NCBI GenBank assembly: GCA_963978095.1
Contig: CAXBQP010000012.1
Location: forward strand, 1 to 57,142
Length of the DNA: 57,142 bases
Direction of reading: 5' to 3'
From: an uncultured bacterium
GTDB lineage: Bacteria; Gemmatimonadota; Gemmatimonadetes; Gemmatimonadales; Gemmatimonadaceae
A model generated the notes under the pieces. The model ran no database searches, was not told where the DNA came from, and saw only the letters and a program-made list of their open reading frames with translations. A program made the position numbers and the translations under genes. Below are positions 40,318 through 48,682 of the stretch, piece after piece; position 1 is the first letter of the stretch; every line of letters starts with the position of its first letter.

Positions 40318-41007
40318 CTAGGGTTTCCGCCGCTCCCGCTCCCGGTCGCGCACCCATGCCACCACCTGGGCGACCTGCTCGGCCTGCGTGATGCCGCTCG
40401 TGTCGAGCCACACGGCGTCCGCGGCGGGGCGCGTTTGCTCGCTGTCCTTGCGATCGCGGGCTTCAAGTTCGGCCGTCTCCGACGTCAGCTCGGCCGATGT
40501 CGGTGGCCGACCCGTGCGCTGCAGCACCCGGCGCCTGGCCCGCTCGCTCGCGATCGCCACCAGCCAGACTTTGAGCGTCGCGTCCGGGAAGACCGTGGTT
40601 CCCATGTCCCGGCCATCCGCGACGACCGCGTGCGCCGCCGCCGTCGCCTGCAGCGTCCGGTTCACCCACCGCCGAACGTGGGGCATCTTCGCGACCAACG
40701 ACACCAGCGCCGTCACGGCATCACCACGCAGCTCCTCCTCACACGCCGCCCCATCGACACGCGCGGCGAAGGTCGTCGCGCCCGGCGCCAATGTGACGCG
40801 CGCCGCCGCCTCGAGCACCGACTGCTCGGTCCATTGGTCGGGGTCGCCGCCGGTGCGCAGTCGCGCCGCGGTCACTCCGCGGTACAGGGCACCCGAGTCG
40901 AGATGGCGGGCGCCCAACGCCTCAGCGACCATCCGTGCCGTGGAGGACTTGCCGGACGCGGCGGGGCCGTCGATGGTGACGGTCAGCGAACGATCAGCGG
41001 GTGACAT
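40318..41007 (-). CDS. cmk: Cytidylate kinase
   Basis: IDGPAASGKSS, LDSGALYR, DGRDMGTTVFP. aroA-cmk-rpsA synteny. Confidence 0.96.
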   Translation of the reverse strand: MSPADRSLTVTIDGPAASGKSSTARMVAEALGARHLDSGALYRGVTAARLRTGGDPDQWTEQSVLEAAARVTLAPGATTFAARVDGAACEEELRGDAVTALVSLVAKMPHVRRWVNRTLQATAAAHAVVADGRDMGTTVFPDATLKVWLVAIASERARRRVLQRTGRPPTSAELTSETAELEARDRKDSEQTRPAADAVWLDTSGITQAEQVAQVVAWVRDRERERRKP

Positions 41008-42277
41008 GCGCGAGCACCTCCCAGAATCCGGGGAATGAGACGATGGCGCAGTCACGGTCATCGATCTCGATCGCGCGGCCGGAGACGACGGAGAGCACTC
41101 CGAACGCCATCGCGATGCGATGATCGCCGTGCGTCACGACGCGCCCCGCAAGCGGTCGATCCGAGCCGCGCACCACGAAGCCGTCCGGCAACTCGTCGGC
41201 ATCCACCCCGACGGCTCTCAGATTCCGCACGACCACGGCGATACGATCGCTCTCCTTGACCCGCAGTTCGCCGGCCCCCGTCACGCGCGTCTCGCCCTGC
41301 GCGCGCGCCGCCACGCAGGCCAAGATCGGCAACTCGTCGATGAGCGACGGCACCTCCTGCGGCTCGATTGTCGTGGCGCCGAGCACTCGGGGGGAAACCA
41401 CGAGTCGCGCCACCGGCTCTCCCCCGACGTCGGCGAAGTCCTCGAAACCGATCGAGGCGCCCATGCGCGTCAGGACATTGAACGCGCCGGTCCGCGTCGG
41501 ATTGATGCCGACGCTCTCGAGCTCGATGGTGCCGCCGCCCGACATGGCAGCCAGCGCGGCGAAGAAGGCCGCGGATGACGGATCGCCGGGAACCTCGGTG
41601 TCCAATGGGAGAAGGGTGGCGCCGGGCACCAACGCGATGCTCCCACCCTCACTACGCACGTCGATGCCGCGTGCCCGCAGCATGCGCTCGGTGTGATCGC
41701 GCGTGTCGGCCGGCTCGTGCACTTCCACCGGGACGTCCCCCACGAGCCCGGCCAGCAGGATCGCGCTCTTGACCTGCGCGCTAGCGGTCTCCGAATGCCA
41801 CGTCAGACCACGGAGCGGCCCGCCGTGGATGGTCATCGGCAGTCCGCCATCCGTACTCGGCGCGATCGTCGCGCCCATGGCCTGGAGCGGCGCCGCCACC
41901 CGCCGCATGGGGCGCCGCGACAAACTCGCATCGCCGACCAACGAACTGGTGAATGGCGATGCTGCGAGAATCCCCGCCATCAGACGGGCGGTGGTCCCGC
42001 TGTTCCCGCAGTCCAGCGGCGCGGCACTCGTCCGGAGGCCGGAGCGCCCGACGCCGGCGATCGAGACGGTTTCACGATCGAGATCGGGAATCGGAACGCC
42101 GAGCGACCGGAGCACCGCCGCGGTGGAGCGCACATCGGCCGAGGGGAGGATCCCGCGAACGGTCGATGCGCCCTCGGCGAGGGCGGCGAGCATCAGGGCA
42201 CGATGCGAGATCGATTTGTCGCCCGGTACGCGGATCGAACCGCTGACGCGCGGTGGGCGCGCACCGGGCGAGGTCAC
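40994..42277 (-). CDS. aroA: EPSP synthase (3-phosphoshikimate 1-carboxyvinyltransferase)
   Basis: PGDKSISHR, DCGNSGT, SAQVKSA, RDHTERML, LRVKESDRI, DHRIAM. Confidence 0.97.
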   Translation of the reverse strand: MTSPGARPPRVSGSIRVPGDKSISHRALMLAALAEGASTVRGILPSADVRSTAAVLRSLGVPIPDLDRETVSIAGVGRSGLRTSAAPLDCGNSGTTARLMAGILAASPFTSSLVGDASLSRRPMRRVAAPLQAMGATIAPSTDGGLPMTIHGGPLRGLTWHSETASAQVKSAILLAGLVGDVPVEVHEPADTRDHTERMLRARGIDVRSEGGSIALVPGATLLPLDTEVPGDPSSAAFFAALAAMSGGGTIELESVGINPTRTGAFNVLTRMGASIGFEDFADVGGEPVARLVVSPRVLGATTIEPQEVPSLIDELPILACVAARAQGETRVTGAGELRVKESDRIAVVVRNLRAVGVDADELPDGFVVRGSDRPLAGRVVTHGDHRIAMAFGVLSVVSGRAIEIDDRDCAIVSFPGFWEVLAHVTR

Positions 42278-43128
42278 CGCAGCCAGCCTTCCAGCGCGGT
42301 GGCGAGATCGGTCTTCTCGTCGCGGTACTTCACGATGACGGGCGTCTGCACCGCGAGTCCCTGCTCGACGCCCCAGGAACCCTTCACGCTCCGGGCGCCC
42401 GGTACGACGACGGCGCCCGCCGGAATCTCCAGTGGGGCGTCCGCCGTGGCGCGATAGACGGTTTCGCGCACCAAGTCGTAGACGGGCGTTCCGCGTGTGA
42501 GGACCACGCCGGCTCCGATCACCGCCTTCTCACGCACGACGGTGCCCTCATACACGCCGGTGTTGCCACCCATGATGACATCATCCTCGATGATCACCGG
42601 GCTCGCGTTCACAGGCTCGAGCACACCACCCACCTGCGCCGCCGCGCTGATGTGGCAGCGCGCGCCGATTTGCGCGCACGACCCGATGAGCGCGTGCGAA
42701 TCCACCATCGTACCGGCGCCGACATGTGCCCCCACGTTGATGAACATCGGCGGCATGCACACGACGCCGCTGGCTACGTGGGCGCCGCGTCGGATCGTCG
42801 AACCGCCGGGGACTATTCGAACCCCGTGTTGGACGTCGAAATGCTGCGGCGGGATCGTGCTCTTGTCGACGAACGAGAAGACACCGGTGCTCGGCGACAG
42901 GTCGACCATCGTGCCGTACCGGAAGCCGACCAGAATCCCCCGCTTCACCCATGGCACCGCCTGCCACCGTCCGCTCGCATCCCGGGTTGCCGAGCGGAGC
43001 GTGCCCGACTCGAGCGCGGCCAGCAAGGACTCGATGACCGCCACCGCGTCCTCCGGCGTCGGCGTGCCCGCGGGGAGCGCCGCGAGTTCGAGGATCCGCG
43101 TTTCCAACTGCGTCGGCGGGAGACTCAT
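42274..43128 (-). CDS. dapD: Tetrahydrodipicolinate N-succinyltransferase
   Basis: WVKRGIL, RIVPG, INVGAHVG.GTMVD, GGVLEP, hexapeptide repeats. Confidence 0.93.
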   Translation of the reverse strand: MSLPPTQLETRILELAALPAGTPTPEDAVAVIESLLAALESGTLRSATRDASGRWQAVPWVKRGILVGFRYGTMVDLSPSTGVFSFVDKSTIPPQHFDVQHGVRIVPGGSTIRRGAHVASGVVCMPPMFINVGAHVGAGTMVDSHALIGSCAQIGARCHISAAAQVGGVLEPVNASPVIIEDDVIMGGNTGVYEGTVVREKAVIGAGVVLTRGTPVYDLVRETVYRATADAPLEIPAGAVVVPGARSVKGSWGVEQGLAVQTPVIVKYRDEKTDLATALEGWLR

Positions 43129-44018
43129 GCGGAGAGCGCTCCGGCTTCGACGAGGGATGCTCTCAGCGCCGGTTCATGGGACGTGCTCATCGACACCAGG
43201 GGCAACCGCAGATGGTTGCCGATCCGGCCCATCATCGCGAGTGCGGCTTTGATGGGAATTGGATTGGATTCACAGAACGCGGTCTGGCAGAAGGCATGGA
43301 GGCGCAGGTGCACGGCCCGCGCCTCGTCGAGATCCCCCGCGCTGGCCAGGTTGCACAAGCGTGACATCGCGGCAGGGACCGCGTTGGAGACGACCGAGAT
43401 GAGTCCATGGCCGCCACCGGCGATCACGGCCAGCGTGAGCCCGTCGTCGCCGGAGAGGGTCCGAAAGCCGGCCGGCGCATGCCGGATGATTTGCGTGATC
43501 TGCGCCAGATTGCCTGACGCCTCCTTGACCGCCACGATGTTCGCGTGTTCGGCGAGCGCGAGCGTGGTCTCGGCCTCGATATTGCTCCCCGTACGTCCCG
43601 GGACGTTGTAGACCACGATCGGCAGCGGCGACGCATCCGCGATGGCGCGGAAATGCGCGAGGATCCCGCGCTGCGGCGGCTTGCTGTACATGGGCGACAC
43701 GTGCAGCAGGTGGGTCGCGCCTTCGGCCGCCATCGCTTTGGAAGTTTCGATGGCGACCCGCGTGTCATTCCCGCCAGCGCCCGCGATCACCGGCACGCGG
43801 CCTGCCACGGTCTCGACCGTGAGGCGCACCACCCGACGGCGCTCGGCAAGTGAGAGCGTCGCCGCCTCGCCTGTCGAACCGCACGGGACGAGACCATGGA
43901 TGCCTTCGGCGACCTGCCAGTCCACCAGTGAGGTGAGCGCCGCTTCGTCGAGCGCACCGTCGGGGGTGAACGGGGTCACGAGCGCAGTGGCGCAACCACT
44001 CAACGAGAAAGAGGTCAT
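43125..44018 (-). CDS. dapA: 4-hydroxy-tetrahydrodipicolinate synthase
   Basis: TALVTPF, GSTGE, YNVPGRTG, KEASG, ESNPIPIK. Confidence 0.97.
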   Translation of the reverse strand: MTSFSLSGCATALVTPFTPDGALDEAALTSLVDWQVAEGIHGLVPCGSTGEAATLSLAERRRVVRLTVETVAGRVPVIAGAGGNDTRVAIETSKAMAAEGATHLLHVSPMYSKPPQRGILAHFRAIADASPLPIVVYNVPGRTGSNIEAETTLALAEHANIVAVKEASGNLAQITQIIRHAPAGFRTLSGDDGLTLAVIAGGGHGLISVVSNAVPAAMSRLCNLASAGDLDEARAVHLRLHAFCQTAFCESNPIPIKAALAMMGRIGNHLRLPLVSMSTSHEPALRASLVEAGALSA

Positions 44019-44716
44019 TCGGGAGCCGGAAAGAGATGATCCAACGTGAACACCCCGCGGCGCCCGTTCAGCCAGCGCGCGGCATGCAGCGCGCCGGCCG
44101 CGAAGACGCGGCGATCTCGGGCAACGTGCTCGAGCGTGATCTGTTCGAATGGCGCATCGAAGACGAATGCGTGCGTCCCGGGCACGTGTCCGGTGCGGAC
44201 ACTCGTGACGGGAATCGTGCCGCCCCACGCCGCGGCCGCACGATCCGCAAGCAGTCGAGCGGTGCCCGAGGGCGCATCCACCTTGGCGCTGTGATGGGTT
44301 TCGAGCAGATGGGTGTCGAATCCCGCGCCAGCCTGCGCCACGAGGCGCGCCGCGTATTCCGTGATCCGCGTGAAGAGGTGCACGCCAAGCGAAAAATTCG
44401 GTGCCCACAGGAAGGTCCCCGTGCCACCGCGCACCGCGTCTTCGATGCGCCGACGCTCGTCGTCCCATCCCGTGGTGCCGCAGACCACGGCGCAGCCGGC
44501 CGCGAGGCACTGGCGCACATTGACGGCGGCGGCCGAGGGTTCCGTGAACTCGATCGCCATCGTCGCCCCGTTCAACACCGCGGGAGTGATCCCGGCGGCC
44601 GCGACGTCGGCTGCGCCGAGCAGTGCCACGACCTCGAACCCGGCCTCGGGCGCGAGCGCCGCCACGGCACGCCCCATCTTCCCATCGCCGACGACCGCAA
44701 GTGCGATTCGCGTCAT
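44015..44716 (-). CDS. dapB: 4-hydroxy-tetrahydrodipicolinate reductase
   Basis: GKMG, GTTG, APNFSLGV, ETHHSAKVDAPSGTA. Confidence 0.95.
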   Translation of the reverse strand: MTRIALAVVGDGKMGRAVAALAPEAGFEVVALLGAADVAAAGITPAVLNGATMAIEFTEPSAAAVNVRQCLAAGCAVVCGTTGWDDERRRIEDAVRGGTGTFLWAPNFSLGVHLFTRITEYAARLVAQAGAGFDTHLLETHHSAKVDAPSGTARLLADRAAAAWGGTIPVTSVRTGHVPGTHAFVFDAPFEQITLEHVARDRRVFAAGALHAARWLNGRRGVFTLDHLFPAPE

Positions 44717-46071
44717 ACCGCGGCTCCGCCGAAGAACTCCTGATGCAACAGGCGCATCACGGGATGTACCTTCGCATCGTCGACGATCAGGGTCAGATTG
44801 ATCCCCGTCGAGCTCAGCGACACCATGTGCAACCGCTCGTCACCCACGGCCCGGAGTGCACGGGCCATGCTCGGCGAGCTGCCGCCGAGCCCTGCCCCGA
44901 CGAGCGCGACGATTCCGCGGTCGCGTTCGATCGACACCTCCCCGAACCGCCGAAGTTCGTCCACGGCCTTTCCGAGCGCGGCGTCATCATCGACGGTGAG
45001 CGACACGCTGACCTCCGAGGTGGCGACGACGTCCACCGAGATTCGGTTCCGGTCGAAGACTTCGAAGATCGCGCGCAGCGCACCCGGCGTCCCCAGCATC
45101 TGCGGCGACCCCACGCGCACCACCACGACGCCTCGCTTGCCGGCGATGGCGCGCACCGTGCACGGCGGCGCGTCGCAGGTAATGCGCGTCCCGACGGCCT
45201 GCGGTCGCATGGAGTTGAACACGTACACCGGGATGTCGCGATCGACGGCCGGAGCGATGGTGCTGGGGTGCAACACCTTCGCCCCGAAACTCGCCAACTC
45301 GGCCGCCTCGTCGAACCGAATGTGCTCGATCAGCTGCGCCCCCTGCACCACGCGCGGATCCGCCGTGAGCATGCCGTCGACATCCGTCCAGATCTCGATG
45401 GCGTCAACGTCGAGCGCCGCACCGAACAATGCGGCGCTGTAGTCGGACCCCCCACGACCGAGCGTCGTCGTGATCCCCGCGCTGGTGGCGCCCACGAATC
45501 CCCCGACGACGGGAACCTGTCCGCTCGCGACGATCGGCGCGAGGTACTCCCGGCACGCGTCGGCGATCGCGGCGGGCTGTGGAGCGGCACGACCGAAGTC
45601 GTCGTCGGTGATCATGACCCGTCGCGAGTCGACGACCACACTCGGGATCCCCATTCGGGAGAACGCCGCCGCGCAGATGGGTGCGGACAGGCGCTCGCCC
45701 ATCGACGCCACGGCATCCATCGAGCGGGGCGTCGCGAACCCCAGCACGGAGAGTGCTTCCGCCAGATGCGCCAGCTCGTCGAACATCATGCTGGTCTCCT
45801 GGCGCAGGTCATCCGCCTCCGCACCGTTCCCCAGCAGTTCGACGATCGTCTGCAGGTGACGCTCGCGCAGCTGTTCCACGCGCTCCAACGCGGACACCAG
45901 GTGGCCCGCCGACGCCTCCTCTGCCGCCTCGAGCAACGCGTTGGTCGTCCCCGCGAGCGCCGAGACGACGATCACCGGCGCGCGCCCGAGCCGCCCGCGA
46001 ACAATCTCGCCGGTTCGGCGGATTGCGGCTGCATCGGCCACCGAGGTACCGCCGAACTTGGCGACGATCAT
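44713..46071 (-). CDS. lysC: Aspartokinase (lysine-sensitive type III-like)
   Basis: KFGGTSV, TLGRGGSDYSA, WTDVDG, FGAKVLHP, two ACT domains. Confidence 0.95.
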   Translation of the reverse strand: MIVAKFGGTSVADAAAIRRTGEIVRGRLGRAPVIVVSALAGTTNALLEAAEEASAGHLVSALERVEQLRERHLQTIVELLGNGAEADDLRQETSMMFDELAHLAEALSVLGFATPRSMDAVASMGERLSAPICAAAFSRMGIPSVVVDSRRVMITDDDFGRAAPQPAAIADACREYLAPIVASGQVPVVGGFVGATSAGITTTLGRGGSDYSAALFGAALDVDAIEIWTDVDGMLTADPRVVQGAQLIEHIRFDEAAELASFGAKVLHPSTIAPAVDRDIPVYVFNSMRPQAVGTRITCDAPPCTVRAIAGKRGVVVVRVGSPQMLGTPGALRAIFEVFDRNRISVDVVATSEVSVSLTVDDDAALGKAVDELRRFGEVSIERDRGIVALVGAGLGGSSPSMARALRAVGDERLHMVSLSSTGINLTLIVDDAKVHPVMRLLHQEFFGGAAV

Positions 46072-47138
46072 GGCGACACACTCCGCGGGATGGCACCCGT
46101 TGCCACCAGCACCTCCGCGTTCAGAATCGAGCACCCGGCCGCACCCCGAATGGTGTTGTGACTCATGGCGACCAGCTTCAGGTGCAGAATCGGGTCTTCG
46201 CGCACCCGGCCCACGACCGTACCCATGCCGCGCCCTTCCATCACGTCGCGCCGGGGCTGCGGACGATCGGGTTCGTCGCGGAAACGAATCGGCATCCGTG
46301 GCGCCGACGGAAGCCCCCGTACCAAGGGGTCGCCGGTCCACTCGCGGATCACGGCGATGGCCTCGGCGACCGTCGGCCGCGTCTCGAAGGCGAGCGACAG
46401 GCAGACGGTGTGTCCATTCTCCACCGGCACCCGATTCGCGTGCGCGCTCACGACGAACGGCGCAGGCGTCACGGACTCGGCGTCGAGACGTCCGAGCAGC
46501 TTCTGCATCTCACGCTCGATCTTCGGCTCCTCGTCTCCGATGTACGGGATGACGTTCCCCAGGATGTCGAGCGTTGGCACCCCCGGATAGCCCGCGCCCG
46601 AGACCGCCTGCATCGTCATGGCGAACACCTGCGTGATGCCGAACCGCGCATGCAACGGCGCCATGGCGACCGCCGCCGTTGTCGAGGCGCAGTTCGCGTT
46701 CGTCACGATCGCGCCGCTCCACCCCCGTTCACGACGTTGCCGCGCGAGCAGCGCGAGATGCGAGGCGTTCACTTCCGGGATGACGAGGGGTACGTCCGCG
46801 TCCATGCGGAAATTCTTCGCGTTGCTCAGCACGAATCGTCCGGCTCGCGCGAACGCCGGCTCCATCTCGCCCGCGACCGCGGCGTCCATCGCCGAGAACA
46901 CGACCGGAGACCGGACCGAGGCGACGTCACATGGCAGGACCCGAAGCACCGCCACATCCGCCGGCATGTCGCCTTCAATCCAGCGCGTCGCCTCGGCGTA
47001 CGCCTTTCCGGCCGATCGCTCCGAGGCGGCAACCTCAGCCACGCGGAACCAGGGATGTCCGTCGAGCAGGCGAATGAAGGTCTGCCCCACGGCGCCCGTA
47101 GCACCGAGGATCGCAACGGGGATTCGGGAATCGCTCAC
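46068..47138 (-). CDS. asd: Aspartate-semialdehyde dehydrogenase
   Basis: LGATGAVGQ, NANCAS, QAVSGAGYPG, HNTIRGAAG. Confidence 0.96.
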   Translation of the reverse strand: MSDSRIPVAILGATGAVGQTFIRLLDGHPWFRVAEVAASERSAGKAYAEATRWIEGDMPADVAVLRVLPCDVASVRSPVVFSAMDAAVAGEMEPAFARAGRFVLSNAKNFRMDADVPLVIPEVNASHLALLARQRRERGWSGAIVTNANCASTTAAVAMAPLHARFGITQVFAMTMQAVSGAGYPGVPTLDILGNVIPYIGDEEPKIEREMQKLLGRLDAESVTPAPFVVSAHANRVPVENGHTVCLSLAFETRPTVAEAIAVIREWTGDPLVRGLPSAPRMPIRFRDEPDRPQPRRDVMEGRGMGTVVGRVREDPILHLKLVAMSHNTIRGAAGCSILNAEVLVATGAIPRSVSP

Positions 47139-47141
47139 GAC

Positions 47142-48137
47142 TCAGCTCGCAAGGAGCGACCGGACGAGTCGCTCGTAGTGGGTGACGCTCGCGCGGAGTT
47201 CGTCGACGTCGATGAACTCGTTTGGCGTATGCGCCACGTGGATGGAACCCGGGCCGAAGAGCAGTGGAGTGCCCCAGTTCGTCAGGAGTGGGATGTCCGA
47301 GGTGTAGGCCATGGGGCGCACGTCGAACCCTGGGACCGTGTGAAAGTGCTGGGCGGGAATGCACAGCCCGAAGGAGATGTCCGCGCGACCATTCACCCAC
47401 GCGCTGATGATGTCTCGCACCGCGCCGGCGTCGCTCACGAGCCGCACCAGGAGTTCCGCCTCGCAGCTCCCGGGAATCACATTGGGAGCCACGCCGCCAT
47501 GAAGCGTGCCGACATTCAGCGTGCAGGGACCGAGCCGTTCATCGGTGGGAAGAACCAGCGCGTCCAGATCGGCCAGCAGCGCGACCATCCGGGCAATCGC
47601 CGAATCGCCCAAGTGCGGATAGGCGGAGTGCGCCTCGCGCCCGACGGTGCGCAGCGTGAGGCGCAGGGCGCCCTTGCAGCCCGCGGCGAGGGCGCTCTCG
47701 GTCGGTTCGCCGTTGATCAGCCATCGACTCGTCGCCGGCAGCAGGTTCGCGGCGGTCGCGCCATCGCTGCCTCGCTCTTCACCCACCACGAACAGCAGAT
47801 CGACGCGGTCTTCACCGGCCTCGGCAAGCTGTTGTGCAGCGCACATCATGGCGGCCGCGATCCCCTTGGCGTCGCAGCTTCCGCGGCCGTAGAGTCGTCC
47901 CCCCTCGCGGCGCGGAGCGACGAACGGCGGAACCGTGTCGAGATGCGTCGAGAGCGTGACCCCTCCGCCGCGGCGCGACGCCCACACGTTCGATCGGCCG
48001 TCCGAGACCGGCTGCTGTTGCACCGTCCACCCGCGTTCGACCAGCCATTCCGCGACGAATCTGACGACCGCCCCTTCGTCGCGCGTGACGGAGGGGAGGG
48101 CAACGAGTTCTGTGGTCAGGGCGATGACATCAGGCAT
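47142..48137 (-). CDS. M20 family metallo-hydrolase (ArgE/DapE-like)
   Basis: HLDTV, GRGSCDAKG, GEE, GEPT, AHTPNE. Confidence 0.9.
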   Translation of the reverse strand: MPDVIALTTELVALPSVTRDEGAVVRFVAEWLVERGWTVQQQPVSDGRSNVWASRRGGGVTLSTHLDTVPPFVAPRREGGRLYGRGSCDAKGIAAAMMCAAQQLAEAGEDRVDLLFVVGEERGSDGATAANLLPATSRWLINGEPTESALAAGCKGALRLTLRTVGREAHSAYPHLGDSAIARMVALLADLDALVLPTDERLGPCTLNVGTLHGGVAPNVIPGSCEAELLVRLVSDAGAVRDIISAWVNGRADISFGLCIPAQHFHTVPGFDVRPMAYTSDIPLLTNWGTPLLFGPGSIHVAHTPNEFIDVDELRASVTHYERLVRSLLAS

Positions 48138-48143
48138 CACCGG

Positions 48144-48152
48144 AATGTAGCA
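48144..48152 (-). promoter_or_regulatory. Putative extended -10 leaderless promoter of the dap operon
   Basis: TGcTACATT-6 nt-ATG(48137). Confidence 0.6.
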
Positions 48153-48188
48153 TTTTGGGGCTACACTTTGCAGTGCGCTATCTGCGTG

Positions 48189-48575
48189 TCAGGCAAAGAG
48201 TTTGGCCACACCAAACCCGGCGAACACCGCCCCGATTGACGCCGCAACACTTCCAAGCGCATAGGTGACGGCCCGCGCATATGCACCGACCTCGAGCAGC
48301 ACGACCGTCTCATACGAAAACGTTGAGAATGTCGTGTAACCGCCGCAGAGCCCGACCGCCACGAACGCGCGCAGCCCGGGGTGCCCGGTCCCCTGCCGTT
48401 CGGACCAGTGCAGGAAGGCACCGAGGATCAGCGACCCCGTGACGTTGATGACGAAGGTGCGCCAGGGCACCTGCACGGCGTCGCCGAACGCGTTTCCCAA
48501 CAGGAAACGCAACACGCCGCCCACGGCGCTGCCGAAGGCCACCATCATGAGGATGCGATACGAACTGGGCATCAT
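48189..48575 (-). CDS. crcB: Fluoride channel Fluc/CrcB
   Basis: GSAVGGVLR, PWRTFVINVTGS, GLCGGYTTFSTFSYE. Confidence 0.95.
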   Translation of the reverse strand: MMPSSYRILMMVAFGSAVGGVLRFLLGNAFGDAVQVPWRTFVINVTGSLILGAFLHWSERQGTGHPGLRAFVAVGLCGGYTTFSTFSYETVVLLEVGAYARAVTYALGSVAASIGAVFAGFGVAKLFA

Positions 48576-48599
48576 GTGCTCCCGGAGGACCTCCGGCGT

Positions 48600-48628
48600 A
48601 CTCTAACGGCGGAACCGCCGTTTTTCAC
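48600..48628 (-). promoter_or_regulatory. Putative crcB promoter with palindromic spacer
   Basis: GTGAAA-17 nt-TAGAGT. Palindrome AACGGCGG-NN-CCGCCGTT at 48605-48622. Confidence 0.45.
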
Positions 48629-48647
48629 CGGCACAGGAGGGGACACG

Positions 48648-48676
48648 TTGCACGCCACGCGACTTGTGCAGATACT
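48648..48676 (+). promoter_or_regulatory. Putative leaderless promoter of the amidase gene
   Basis: TTGCAC-17 nt-GATACT-6 nt-ATG. Confidence 0.5.
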
Positions 48677-48682
48677 GGAGCC

